Both the position numbers and the translations under genes were made by a program. Source: Mobula hypostoma (Eukaryota). From it: a DNA stretch of 64,000 nt. Below are positions 1 through 13,589 of this stretch, piece by piece. The stretch covers positions 73,100,001 to 73,164,000 of the forward strand of contig NC_086097.1 of the NCBI RefSeq assembly GCF_963921235.1. Direction: 5' to 3'. The first letter of the stretch is position 1; every line of letters begins with the position of its first letter. Under the pieces are notes generated by a model. That model had not been told where the DNA came from. It did no database searches and saw nothing but the letters and a program-made list of their open reading frames with translations.

Positions 1-744
1 CATTGTCTCCTAAGCTCCACCCCCAGTGATCTGCCTCTGTGCATAGTTGCTATTCAATATTTATGGAATGATAGTGAGTATTAACCCAAGTGTTTATAGG
101 TTTGTCACAGTTTGGCACAAAGTCTGGAACATAATCGTGAATTTAGTTTGTGAAAGAGAATTTGAGAAAAATGTTAATCAGTTGCATTCCTACTAGTTAT
201 TCTTTTTTTATCATTTAGCCTTGTTTTAAATCAAGCAAACTGATACCTCGCAAGACATTGTTTTTATAATGTTTTGAATAGTAAGTTGGAGTGTGGCCAG
301 TTGTAAATTTTGTTAATATCCAAACAATGATAGATTAATGTCTTAAGCTGTATAGTGGAATAAATTGACAGTGGTATTCCACAGTGTTTCAAAGAACTTC
401 CGAGAGGTGTCTTTATATTTATTGCCAGGTTGAAGTCCTTTTTAAAGAAACAAAAATGTCTGTTACAGGTAGTTATGTCGTTTGGAAGAATGTAAGGAAT
501 TGACTCCAAAAATATGTCATTGTTTAAAGACAAGTGTAAAGTCTAAAACCAAAATATTATGAAAGGCAAGTCTTTGGTTCAACATTGTATGTTTATTTTA
601 GTTGGGAAATATTTTTTCTTTATTCATATCTGTGTTTCTACATCCTACTACTGTTAAAGGTTCAAAGAATAAGTTATTCAGGGTAATTTTTTTTGTTGAT
701 CACGTTTGGCAAGTTATGATGCAAATAATTTTTTGTAAGTATAT

Positions 745-995
745 TGTTCCTATTCTGTTGAACAGTGCTTTAAGGTCATTGTATTTAGGAAGGCTGGTCA
801 TGTTGAACAGCAGCCAGTTTGCAAACTTCTATAAACAACACTCTGATTATAACCATATATTCAGTTTCATTTATGTTGATTGACGGATATGTTTGTCAGC
901 AGAACAGATAACTCCATTCTGCAATTTTTGAAATCTTGCCTTGAGGTTTTTGACATACACTTGACACTAGGAAGAGCTTTGGTTCAATATCTCTT
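745..995 (-). repeat. Ancient Deu-domain SINE remnant (SacSINE1/AmnSINE1-like)
   Basis: Degenerate resemblance by eye to the Deu domain (cagcagccagtttgca...tgttgattgacggata...gataactcc...gaaatcttgcc...ttggttcaatatctc). Confidence 0.45.
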
Positions 996-1099
996 GGTTT
1001 ACTAGGCTTGATTTAATAGCACAAAAATATTCTGGAATGAAGGATGGCTTTGATGGCTCTGGGTCTGTTCCAGGCTGTAGTTTAAAGAATGGGGGGTGG

Positions 1100-1530
1100 G
1101 GGTGAATCTTTGTTATACTTCTGTAGATGTGCAGTGAAGAGGGTGTTAACTGGCTGCATCATGGCCTGGTATGGAAACACCAGTGTCCTTGAATGGAAAA
1201 GCTTACAAGAAGTACAGCTTGCTCTAACATGGGTAAATCCTTCTCCACCTCTGAGCATATTTACATCAAGTGCTGTCACAGTAAAAGCAGTTTTCATCAA
1301 AGACCATTACCCATCCAGGCCATACCTCCTCCTTGCTGCTGCGATCAGGAAGGAGAACAGGAGGTTTGGGATCCACACCACCAGCTTATTACCCCTCAAC
1401 CATCAGGCTCTTGAACCAGAGGGGATGACTTCACTCACCCCATCACTGAAATGTTCCCACAACCTATGGACTCACTTTCAAAGACTCTTCATCTCATGTT
1501 CTTGATATTCATTGCTTGTTACTTGTTTAT
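1100..1530 (+). mobile_element. Rex1/Babar-like LINE 3' fragment; tail resumes at about 2681-2715
   Basis: FCRCAVKRVLTGCIMAWYG C-terminal motif; same 3'UTR as copies at 4300-4750 and 28750-29230. Confidence 0.8.
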
Positions 1531-2680
1531 TATTTATTATTATTACTTTATTGTCACCAAACAATTGATACTAGAGCGTACAATCATCACAGCGATATTT
1601 GATTCTGTGCTTTGCGCTCCCTGGAGTACAAATCGATAGTAAATAGTAAACATTTAAATTATAAATCATAAATAAAAAAGGGAAAGTAAAGTAGTGCAAA
1701 AAACTGAGAGACAGGTCCGGATATTTGGAGGGTACGACCCAGATCCGGGTCAGGATCCGTTCAGCAGTCTTATCACAGTTGGAAAGAAGCTGTTCCCAAA
1801 TCTGGCCGTACAAGTCTTCAAGCTCCTGAGCCTTCTCCCGGAGGGAAGAGGGACGAAAAGTGTGTTGGCTGGGTGTGTTGCGTCCTTGATTATCCTGGCA
1901 GCACTGTTCTAACAGCATGCGGTGTAAAGTGAGTCCAAGGACGGAAGATTGGTTTGTGTGATGTGCTGGGCTGTATTCACGATCTTCTGCAGCTTCTGGT
2001 CTTGGACAGGACAACTTCCATACCAGGTTGTGATGCCCCCTAGAAGAATGTTTTCTACGGTGCATCTGTAAAAATTAGTGAGGGTTTTAGGGGACAGGCC
2101 AAATTTCTTTAGTTTTCTCAGGAAGTAAAGGCGCTGGTGGGCCTTCTTGGCAGTGAACTCTGCTTGGTTGGACCAAGTCAGGTCATTTGTGATATTGACC
2201 CCAAGGAACTTAAAGCTTTTGACCTGTTCTACTTGCGCACCACCGATGTAAATGGGGTCGTGCGGTCCGCTACTCCTTCTGAAGTCAACAGCCAATTCGT
2301 TTGTCTTGCTGACGTTGAGGGATAGGTTATTGTCTTCGCACCATGCCACCAGGTTCTTCATTTCATCTTTATACTCAAACTCATCATTACCCGAGATACG
2401 GCCTACAATTTGTGGTGTCATCAGGAAACTTATATATTGAGTTTGATGGAAACTTGGCTACACAATCATGGGTGTACAGTGAGTACAGCAGGGGGCTGAG
2501 TACACAGCCTTGTGGGGCACCGGTGCTCAGAGTGATTGTAGAAGAGGTTGTCCTCTATTTTTACAGCCTGAGTCCTGTCTGTGAGGAAGTTGAAAATGCA
2601 GCTGCAGATCTGAGTGCTGAGGCCTAGGTTCCGGAGCTTAGGAATCAGTTTATTTGGAATGATGGTATTAAAGGCAGAGC
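1531..2680 (-). mobile_element. Younger Rex1/Babar-like LINE, 5'-truncated, nested in the previous element's 3'UTR
   Basis: ORF 1909-2421 (WCEDNNLSLNVSKT, FKFLGVNI, KAHQRLYFLRKL); AATAAA plus (TAA)n tail on the minus strand near 1535-1552. Confidence 0.9.
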
Positions 2681-2734
2681 TGTATTTGCACAGTTTGTTG
2701 TCTTTTGCACACTATGTACCCGCTGGAGTTTGTA

Positions 2735-4760
2735 TCTAGTGGAATCTGCTATGCCACCCTAAGGAATGCCTACAGTTCAATCCTAGACCAAAATCATTTG
2801 GCTGTCCTCCCCTCACCTGCATCTCAGCAGAGGCTAAAGAGCAAGGCTGCAGAAGGACAATGAAGGGGTGGTTGTGGGAGGTAAAGGAGCGGCTATTGGT
2901 TGGCTTCAGGTTAGTGGACGAGGCTATGTTCAAGGACTCATCTGAGGATCTGAGCGAATACACCATGGTTGTCAGGGACATGACTAAAACAGTTGCAGAT
3001 GAGTGTGTACCCACAAAATCATTCAAAGTCTTCCCCAAGAAGAAGCCCTGGATGAACCATGAGACCTGCCATTTGCTGAGGGCCAGATCAGTTGTATTCA
3101 GGTCTGGCAACCAAGTAAGACATGAGGTCCAGATACAATCTCTGGAAAGCCATCTCACATGTGAAATGGCAATTCTGGACCAAACTTATCACAAAGGATG
3201 CTTGATGGCCTTGGCTGGGCTTGAATGCTATCACTTCCTACAAATTGAAACCAATCAACTTAGGTTTTTCCAAATGCCTTTTATACTCACTTTCACCAAC
3301 AAAAGATGGAAGCATCTTCAGGAACACTCACTGCTCCCCGATGACCCCATGATTGCAGTCTCTGGGGCCAACATGAGAACATCCTTCAGGAGGGTAAATC
3401 CACAGAAAACATCCTGCGTAGATGGGGTACCTAGTCGAGTATGAAAGACCTGTGCTGGACATCTGGTTGTAGTGTTCACTGATATCTCTAATCTCTCGCT
3501 TCAGCACACTGAGATACCCATCTGCTTCAGGCAGACTTCAATTATGCTGTTACCTAAGAATCTGGCTCAGTGAGTAGTACTTGCATGCATTGTGATGAAG
3601 TGCTTTGAGAGGATGGTGATGAAACATATCACCTTCCTGAGAAGCAACTTAGATCCACTTCAATTTATCTACCATCACAACATGTCAACAGCAGATGCCA
3701 TTTCATTGGCTCTTCATTCAACTCTGGAACATCTGGACAGTGAAGATACATGTATCAGGATTCTTTTAATTGATTACAGCTTGGCATTCAATATTATCAT
3801 CCCCTCAAAACTAATTGATAAGCTTCAAGCTTATCATTATCTTCTTGTGCAACTGGATCCTCGATTTCCTCACTTCAGACTCTAGTCAGTTCAGATTGGC
3901 AATAACATCTCCACAATCACAAGGCTGTGTACTTAGCCCCCTGCTCTACTCACTTTCTACTTGTGACTTTTAGGTTGAGCACAACTCCAATGTCATGCTG
4001 ATGCATTTTTTAGTGGAATGAAAGTGGAATCAGCATGCAGGAGGGAGATTGAAAACCTGGCTGAGTGGTGCCACAACACCAACCTCCCATTCAATGTCAG
4101 GAAAGTGAAGAGCTGACTATTGACTTTAAAAGGAGGAAACTAAGTTTCATGAGCCAGTCCTGATCAGGGAATCAACTTTAAATTCCTTGGTGTTATAATT
4201 TCAGCATATCTGTCCTGGGTCCAGCACGTAAGTGCCATTATGAAGAAAGCACAGCAGTGCCCCTACTTAGAAGTATGTGGCAGGTTGTCTAAAACTTTGC
4301 CAAACTTCTGTAGATGTGTGGTGGAGAGAGTATTGACTGGCTTCATCATGGCCTGGTACGAAAACACCAATGTCCTTGAACAGAAAAGCTTACTAAAAGT
4401 ACTGGATTCAGCCCACTCCATCATGGGTAACCACCCCCACCATTGAGCATATTTACATGGAGTGCTGTGGCATGAAAGCAGTATTCATTATCAAAGACCA
4501 TTGCTATGCAGGTCATGCCTTCTTGTTGCTACCATCAGGAAGGAGGTACAGGAGCCTCAGGATCCACACCACCAGGTTCAGGATCAGTTATTACCCTTCA
4601 ACCATCAGGCTCTTGAGCTAGAGGGGATGGCTTCACTCACCCCATCACTGAACCATGCACTCTCTTTCAAGGACTTTTCATCTTATGTTCTTGATATTTA
4701 TTGCTTATTTATTATCATTTCTTCCTTTTTTTATTTGCACAATGTATTTAGCACACTGCC
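2735..4760 (+). mobile_element. Decayed Rex1/Babar-like LINE (endonuclease end, RT, 3'UTR)
   Basis: Frameshifted fragments [46 protein letters not shown]. Confidence 0.85.
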
Positions 4761-5424
4761 ATGTTTGTATATTTTGCATTCCCTTTAAACTCAATGGGCT
4801 TGCTAGAAAAAGTTATTACACTACCATTTAATATATAAAGAAATAAAAGCAATTGCATCTAATGGTGACAAATACGCTAGTTCTATATTACCTGTGTCCC
4901 AGGCGTGTTGAATTATTGCAGTTTGACTGTACTTACAGAATGAAGACTGACCTGTCCGATTTTTACGCTTAAGTTTATGTCTCTGATCCAGATGAACCTC
5001 CTCCCGTACTTCAAATTACCCTATCCATCAATCATCTGTTCCTTTCTTTTGTTCTCGTGTTTGTTTCTGCCTAGATTTTCTATGATCACACCTAAGGGTA
5101 ACTAAATTACATTCATATGGAGATAAGTCTGAGTGGCTAGTTTCCAAAGTCCAAAGTAAATTTATTAACAAAGCATGCATATGTCACCATATACTATCCT
5201 GAGATTCATTTTCTTGCAGGCATTCACAGGAGTGCAGCAAAATGTATTGGACCTCCCAGTGTTGTAGTTTTCCCTGAAATTCTGGTTTTGTGAACTTGAT
5301 AGATTTTGAGGCAAGGAGTTTGAACTTGGCTTATATAGGATTACATTCCAGATCAGCTGTGATCCTGTTGAATGTTGGGCTCAGTTCAATTGGCTGTGTG
5401 GCTGACTCCTGTTCCAATGTTCTT

Positions 5425-5535
5425 AAATCAGCACTGCACTGGAATGTCAGCCTCCATAAAGTCTCTCGAGTTGAATTTGAATCTACCGCGACCTGGCTTG
5501 GTTGGGGCACTTTTATTGATCCACAGCTGACACAA
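5425..5535 (-). repeat. tRNA-derived SINE head remnant (SacSINE1-like)
   Basis: cagcactgcactggaatgtcagcct...aagtctctcgagttgaatttgaatc...cacagctgaca resembles the reverse-complemented head of shark Deu-SINEs. Confidence 0.5.
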
Positions 5536-6974
5536 ATGAACCTGCACCAGGATTGATTGTATAGAAGGAGTTACATTTGATGTTTATTTGCTTTCTTTCC
5601 TTTGTAAAACTTGAAGCAGGCAGATGCTGTCAGGGTTTGGACAGCAGCACTTTTTCACATGGTCCTGTCATTATTTTCCCAGTACCTGCATTGTTCAGTA
5701 GAATTACCATATTCAAAGCTTTAATAAAAAAATAAGGTTTGATATCACCAGCATCCAGGGGGATTTTAGTGTCTATTTTGTTAATGTTGTTGGCTTTATT
5801 GTTTTATATATTGACTTGAAATAAAACAAAGACTTGGCTGATGAACTGGTAACCTATGAAATTTTAGAGGTACTAATGCTGCAGAATTTTATTAATGCAG
5901 TAGAACCTGTCCCTGTGTGTGCGCGCAGTATTTATGATTGGACTACACCCGTCAGATTTAAGGTAATATTCTTGAAATGCATTAATCATAGCCTTCAGGC
6001 AAGAGTCTTCTGGTATTCTACATTTCTGAGGCGAATTAGGCAACCCGGTGCGAGCTGTTTATAGTGCTTCTTGCTTGAAGTGACTAGCATTTTTGTTTCT
6101 GAGAAAGTCAGTTTTGTTGTACTGGATTCTTGGATTACAACTGGGGTTTGAAAAGACATTCTTCATTGTTGCCTGTTTTCTTTCGTAAGTATGAAAGTAC
6201 ATTTAAAAAAAATCTTTGTCGAGGATTAGGAAATTCACCACAATTGTTATTAATAACCTGATTAATTTTGTTCTGGAAGATGGTGATATTTTTCAGTGTC
6301 ATTTTGCTACACTTTTTGCCTCTTCCTGAGAATATTTGACAACTGTGCTAATCATTGTGAGAGCTGCTTGCTAAGTAGAAATTCAAAACTTAAGGGGCAG
6401 ACAGTTTTCTTATTTATGATGAGAAGCTATCTCTAGGACTTAATTGAGTTTTGTTTAAGCACACCTGAAATGGATTAAACACCAAATGTTAATGCTTTGA
6501 TCTTGGCAGATGACTTTTTTCCCTCCCTTGACCTTGCCTCCATATTAGCTTTTTGCTCCTGTTTTATACAGTTTGCATAAGTTCGAAAAGTCTAGTATCT
6601 GCTTTTCACAGATAATGAAATAAATGCCATTGTTGAGCATCTGTTCCACATCAAACTGCTTTGTCTTTTTAGATGGGGAAATAAGAAAGGCTCTGCTGAC
6701 GCTGTAAAGGCAGCAGTGAATTTGATCACCAATGGATGTCGTGACTAGGAGGTCCGTTCCACAATATGTGAAGTGGGCCTCATTTTCTGAACTCTTCCTG
6801 TGATCTTTTATTATTAGACGGCAGTGTACTGCAATGAGAACATTGGTAGAGGTCATTGGTCTCAACACAGGTTCAGGCTGTCCCCTCATGAGCTCTCATG
6901 AATGGAGTTCGGCCTCCAAGCATGCACAAATATAAGCATTGTGCAGCTCGACTAATGTTCTAGCGCTCCTTGGT

Positions 6975-7730
6975 TAATGGGTTTACTGTTTCACATGTAC
7001 CGAGATATGGTGAAAAACCTGTCTTGCAGGGTGTCCTTTCATTTCATTTAAGAAACTGCTATGAGGCAGTACAAGTTAAAATAATAATAAAGTGCTGGAT
7101 AATCTGTTAGTGCAGGTAGAAAATAGGGTGCAAGGTAATAACAAGGTAGATTTTTGTGAGGTCAAGTGTCTATCTTATTGTACTAGGGTGTGATTCAGTA
7201 GTCTTATTATGGTGGGTAGAAGCTGTCCTTGAGCCTGGCTTTTGTCTTGGTTCTCATGGTAAGCGGGAGAAGTAAATGGCAGAGATGGGAGGGGTTTTTG
7301 ATTATGCTGGCTGCTTTACTGAGGTATTGACAAGTGTAGATGGAGTGGAGGCTGGTTCCTGTGATGTGGTGACCACAGCTCTCAGCTGTTTCTTGCAAAC
7401 ATGGGCAAAGCAGTTGCCATACCATGCCTTGATGCCTTTGGATAGCACATTTTCTATGGTGAGGGTTAAAGGGGACATGCTAAATTTATTTGCTTCCTGA
7501 GGAACTAGAGATGCTGGTGAACTTTTTTGACTGTTGCTTCAACTCGGTTGGACCAGGACAAGCTGTGGTGATATGAATATGAAGGAATATGAAGCATTCA
7601 ACTCTCTTGACCTTAGTGCTATTGATGTAGACAGCAGTCCATGCATTTCACCCCCCCCCGCCCGCCACTTCCCTGAAGTTGATAACCAGCTTTATTGATT
7701 TGTTGGCATTGAGGGAAAGGTTGTTATGAA
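6975..7730 (-). mobile_element. Rex1/Babar-like LINE 3' fragment
   Basis: LSKAASIIKNPSH motif (ORF 7207-7425) and family-type 3' end. Confidence 0.75.
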
Positions 7731-7739
7731 TTAAATCTG

Positions 7740-8240
7740 TTGACCCTTCCTTATAAACATTGACCCTGAACTCCAATTGCTTCCACGGGAAGAAACACCC
7801 TAACCACAGCTACCCATCATGATTGGTCGAAATCTTGGCTGTTTTAATTATAACTCCAGCAGATACATGTCAGGCCTCTCCATCTTCTCCTTATAAACCA
7901 ACCCGTCCATTACAGCTTCAGTATAGTAAACTTTGCTGAATTTGTTCTATTGCGTGGACTTCTTTCGGTAAGGAGATCAATATTGTCCTGGATGAGATCT
8001 TGGATTTGTTAGATATGACTGAAGCATAGCCTTCCTGCTTTTGTATCCTGTTCCCCTAGCAATAAAAATGACGATGTTCTGTTGAACATTTCCAGTTACT
8101 GACTGTGACTGCGTTTTGCTTATAGACATACAGGTCCAGCTGCATCGCAGGGCTCTTCAATCTCTCATCATTTATATAATATATGACTTTTTTGTTTTTC
8201 TCTCAAAATGGACAATTTCATGTTTTTCCACATTATGTAG
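7740..8240 (-). mobile_element. Highly decayed CR1-like fragment
   Basis: Residual similarity to the CR1 3' regions elsewhere in the window. Confidence 0.45.
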
Positions 8241-8584
8241 GCAACTTGCACATTATGGGATGGTTATATTCCAAAATAAGGGTTTGCATCACAATTTTCC
8301 AAAATCCAAAGCTTCATCTTTTGTGCATGCATCAAGAAATATAAATTGAAGCAAAAAAAAATTGTGTTGAATGATCTACTCTTTATTTCCACATATTCTG
8401 TGAGAGCAAATCTTACTCCATATCAAATTTCTGGTTAATGATTTTAAATTCTGTCAGGGTGGAATTCTGTAACCTGAAGGGCCATTACATGAGGGATGCT
8501 TGTCCTTTTCCAAGTTTTCCATTCATCTAACTTGTACATATAGACACCTTTTGTCTTGGAGGTTTTCATAATTAAAACAACACA

Positions 8585-8725
8585 ATTCCAATTTGTTTAT
8601 TTATTGTACTTGTATTGAACCATATAGTGAAATGCGTTGTTTGTGTTAACAACCAGCACAGCCTAAGGGTGTGCTGGGGGGCAGCTGACAAGTGTCACTA
8701 CACATCCCAATGCCAACATGTTTGG
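8585..8725 (-). repeat. Short interspersed repeat 3' end; related copy in opposite orientation at about 42915-42990
   Basis: gggtgtgctggggggcagctgacaagtgtcactacac is reverse-complement-similar to gtggtgacacttgtgggctggccccagcataccc. Confidence 0.55.
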
Positions 8726-10049
8726 GCTATCTAACATTGTCATACAATGAAGGCAGCATTTCAAGAGAGTTGCTGTGACTTAGTTGGTCAAATGAGTTCA
8801 AAGTACAGTAAATTAGGGAGTTGTCTTCCTTTATGGGGCAAGATTAATTTTGCCAAACAGGGATGTTAAATGTTTGGATTCCTTTACTCTTTGTATTTTT
8901 CAAGTGTTGCTTTGTGTTTCAGATTAGGTGATCTTAATTACAATTTAAATCCTATCTTAGATTCAAGTTGATTAGAGCTGCAGAGCCAATCATACATTCT
9001 CTACCACCATCAACCTCTCCCTGATCTTTTGACATTGAGAATCAAGAAGTTTCCTGCTAAATCCACTGTTTCACCTCCTGCAAAACTGCCGATATCCATT
9101 CCTGTGACATTTTGCCTTATTTAACCATACATTTGACATGATTTGGTATAGTTCTCAAAGAAGCTTTTCTTGCCTCACAACCTCTGCTTATAAAATTCCA
9201 ATTCATTCACAATTCTGTCATTAAGTCCTACTTGCTGGAAACTTTTTGAAATCCTGGAATTACAACTCTTCTTCCTCTATATTTCTGTTTTATATCATTC
9301 AAGCTAGATAGCAATTTTAATAAATTATAAACTTTAAAGCATCATTTTAACATCTACCTCCTAACTATGTAATGCATAGCTTTATGGTGTTATAATTGAG
9401 GCAACAAATGACTTGAGTACACAGTACTATAAACAATTTTTTTGGGAAATAATTTGTACTTGACACTGTCATCTTGCTCCAGAGTATCATTGTTCCTCCA
9501 GCTTTTGATGAGATTCTGCCAGCCAACTATTGGACATTCGGCACCAAGAAACTGAATGTGGCTCTGACTAAGTTTTGTTTCAAATTCCAGTCCATGGGCA
9601 AGATGCTAATAAACAGCCAACATGGTTGTACATGGTTACTGTAAACATCCTTGATTTGATAAGATCATTCAGATCCTGTTCAAGACAGCTGCTGGCAATC
9701 CAGTGTTGAAGCAAACACCTGAATTTGTCCTTTTATCCATAGTACTATGGTGAGTATGTTTAGAATCCAAGACAACTCTGCTCTTTTAGCATGAGCTGAA
9801 TTTCATTATCAAGTTGTGCAGCATGTGGGACAAGGCTTTCATAAGTATAGATCAAGTAATTCCTATTGTTAATTCATGCTCAATTTCGTTCTGATGATTT
9901 AAAAAAAACGATTGAGAGAACCATTATAGTGCATTGCACAATCTATTTCAATTTGCGCAGGCTTTTCACTGTAGGGGACTTTTTTTATATATAGTGAGGT
10001 CCCAGAGTTGAAGTTGTATAGCACAGGGTTGAAATTGGCTTGCCATGTA

Positions 10050-10922
10050 AATCAAGGTTCAGTTATTATCAAAGCATGTATCCATATACAACTCTGAAAT
10101 TTGTATTTCTCCAGGTACCCATGAAACAAAGAAAGAACATGAAAGTCGTTCAGAGAGTAACATCAAACCCCCCCAACTTACGAAAAGTAAAAGGCACCCT
10201 GATAATCAACCCCTGAAAACACCCCTCCCCTCACACAAAATGGAACAGGAACATCGACCCCCCCCCCACACCACCAAAAACAAAAAACGAACAGGGCATC
10301 AACCCCACACCGCCCAAACACCCCCTTTGCGCAACAAAACTGAAAAGGAACGGGTGATTAAAAAAACAGAGTATAAAAGCCATAGGTCTGAAAATGTCCA
10401 CAGTCCATAAACACAATAGTCGAAACCATAAACAGAATTCTACGATTTCCACTGACATTCATCAAAAGAGAGGGACACCGTGAGGCAGAGAGGCCTACCT
10501 GCCTGCCACAATAAGCCACACAGCGATAGGCCGCTCACCGACTCCTTCTCCAGCAGCGATCAAAAGGCAGGCAGTCCGCGCTGAAACTCTCACTCGCAGT
10601 CCGCATTCGCTTCATTGTCTCAGTCTTCCTCACACTTTAATCGATGATCATCGGACACTTAAACGGCGAAATGAAGTCGGACACTGGCTCACGCCCTGTC
10701 TCGAAGTTACTTGACATCAAGGCCGTCTGAGTCCCAGAATCTTCTTGGAGCCAGTAAAGCACTGGATCACTCAAAAGATCTCCAAGCTGTAAATTGCAGT
10801 CTCTAACACACTTAAGGTGAAAAACAAGTGTAAAAGAAGTTTTTTTTTTAAAAAAAATCTGTGTTCGTTTATTCTCTGGAAGATGCTGACTGAGGGAGCA
10901 TTGTATGCTGGCGCCACCTTGA
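10050..10922 (-). mobile_element. Non-coding, GC-richer retroposon-like insertion with Rex1-type tail
   Basis: Minus-strand 5' end CAAGGTGGCGCC; 3' end GATAATAACTGAACCTTGA like the Rex1-like tails; CpG-rich relative to flanks; no credible ORF. Confidence 0.6.
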
Positions 10923-11080
10923 CCTGATCACAATAAAGAATGCTGAAATCTTTGCCCACCTACATCCATCCTTTTGCCTATGTATGCCTGCCTTGTAATT
11001 ACAAGATTGTTGGCTTTCAAAGACCCTTTAGTAAACAAACACATGTAACAAGTGACTTGTTTAAGTACTTAGTTAAAAAA

Positions 11081-12900
11081 CGACACCCTCCCCACAGTAG
11101 ATGAAGTCAGGAAGGCAGTGAAGCAACTCTCCTGTGGCAAAGTGCCAGGACCCGATGCAATCCCTGCTGAGGTATACAAAACAGGAGGCCCTGTCATGAT
11201 GCAAAAGCTGACTGTACTCTTTCAGTCCATGTGGAAAAAGGGACAGGTCCCGCAACAGCTGAAAGATGCCAGCATAGTCCACATCTACAAGAGGAAAGGC
11301 AACTGCCAGTCTTGCGACAACCACCGAGGCATCTCCCTCTTGTCCATTGCGGGGAAGATTCTGTCCCGCGGCCTGCTCAACTGCCTTCTCCAACATCTTG
11401 AGCAAGATCTGCTCCCAGAAAGCCAATGAGGCTTCCGTGCTGAACGTGGGACCGCAGACATGATTTTTGCTGCGCGCCAACTCCAGGAAAAATGCCAGAA
11501 ACAACACAGCGACCTCTTCGTGACCTTTGTCGATCTAACCAAGGCTTTTGATACGGTCAGCAGAGAAGGCTTGTGGAAGATCATGGAGAAGTTTGGCTGC
11601 CCCAGCAAGTTCATCACAATCGTCCGGCAGTTCCACAACGGTATGATGGTGAAAGTTCTGGATGACGACGAGTTGGAGGCATTCCCAGTGACAAGTGGTG
11701 TCAAACAAGGCTGCACTCTTGCCCCGACTCTGTTCAGTATGGTATTCTCTGCCATGCTGACAGATGCCTTCTGTAACTACGAAGAAGGAATCCACGTCAG
11801 GTACAGGACTGACGGCAGGTTGTTCAACCTTAGGCCCCTGCAGGCAGTTACAAAGGTGCAAGAGACTGTCATCAGAGACTTCTTGTTTGCTGATGACTGC
11901 GCACTCAACGCCAGCACAAAGCAGGAGATGCAGCGTGAAATGGACTGCTTCTCACACGCCTGCGACAACTTCTGTCTCACTATCAGCACCAAAAAAACCG
12001 AAGTTATGTACCAGCCTGCCCCAGGAAAGCCATACCAGGAGCCGCGCATCACGGTGAAGGGCCAGAACCTCTAGGCAGTTGACAACTTCACCTACCTGGG
12101 CAGCATACTCTCTCGCGCAGTGAACATAAACGCTGAGGTCAACAACAGGATTGCCAAAGCCAGCGCCGCCTTTGGGAGACTCCGTGAGAACGTCTGGGAG
12201 CGGAGAGGACTCAGCCTTACCACCAAGCTGAAGGTCTACCGTGCAGTGGTCCTTACCACCCTCCTTTACGCCAGCGAGACCTGGGCTGTCTACAGCAGAC
12301 ATGCCAAACAGCTCAACCACTTTCACCTGAGCTGTCTCCGCAGACTCCTCCACATCAGGTGGCAGGACAAAGTCCCTGACACGGAAATCTTGGAATGAGC
12401 TGGGCTCTGCAGCGTCTACACCCTCCTGCTGAAAGCCCAAGCCAGGTGGGCTGGACATGTGGTCAGAATGCCAGACAGCCGATTGCCTAAGCAGCTGCTT
12501 TACGGAGAATTGTGTCAGGGCAAGCGCTCAGTTGGGGGGCAGAAGAAACGTTACAAAGACTGCCTCAAAGCGTCCCTTAAAGGCCTGGGTGTCGACATCA
12601 ACACGTGGGAGACGCTTGCCCTCGACCGTCCAGCTTGGCGCAGCAAGATCACCACAGGAGCCCGTGCAGCTGAAGTCAGGCGCATCATTGAGGCGCAACG
12701 AAAATGTGCTGTGCGCAAGGCCCGAGCAGCATCCACTGCCATGACAGCACCCACCCACTTGTGTCCCACATGTGGGTGAGCCTTCAGGGCCCGGATTGGC
12801 CTCATCAGTCACCTCCGGACCCACAGCAACCAATCTCCCATTTGACTTTGAAGCCATGGTCATCTTCAACTACGAAGGACGAACAACAACAACAACAACA
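11081..12900 (+). mobile_element. RTE-clade LINE, 5'-truncated, young; RT plus C-terminal C2H2 finger
   Basis: One reading frame with PGPDAIPAE, FVDLTKAFD, GVKQGC, LFADD, CPTCG..HLRTH; (CAA)n tail at about 12881-12900; 10-bp TSD AGTTAAAAAA at 11071-11080 and 12901-12910. Confidence 0.95.
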
Positions 12901-13589
12901 AGTTAAAAAAAAAATAATGCTGGTTTTCTTGACTATCACTTTGATTTGAGCACAGCCAATAGAGCAACTGTAATCTGTGTAAATTGTGGTGAGAAACTAT
13001 GTTCCATGTGACAGACTGCACCAGCCAAGACAATTTAATAGCTTTTATGTTGGTTGATGACGCTTGCGCAATTCTGATTCCCAGCTGCAAGACTGATAAA
13101 ATTGTAGTGTTATTTTCATTATAATTTGAGCAACTGATTCAGATACACATTTTACTGAATGTGCCTAGTGAACCTTGAAAATTTAAAGCACTCCTTTTTA
13201 TAAACTGAGAGAATACTAATATTGGCTTCTGACAAAACTTTGGATGGCAAACCAGTCAGAGAGCATATTTCAGGACTGGCAGTACACAGTGAAGAGAATC
13301 TTGTTTAATGTGTGCTCTAACCACAGAGCAAGTTCTCAGTTAATTCCAAATTAGTGTGAGCAAACACAAATCCAAGACATCTATAGCAAAACATAGTGAG
13401 TTTCTGTACTGCCAGTTTTCAAATGATGGATGCTGCAAATATGTTTTGTGGTCAGTTCTCAGAATCAGCAAGATAAGTGGGTGATTCATTTAGTGGGTGA
13501 TTTATATACTGACTCTCATCTTATTTGGTAGAAAAATGATATTGAAAAGTAATTATTATTATAGCAGTGACAGTGCTTCAGAAATAAAC

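Noticed and set aside
11073..12869. Several long antisense and alternate-frame ORFs over the RTE
   Set aside because: Expected by-product of GC-rich, codon-structured TE sequence; no independent motifs.
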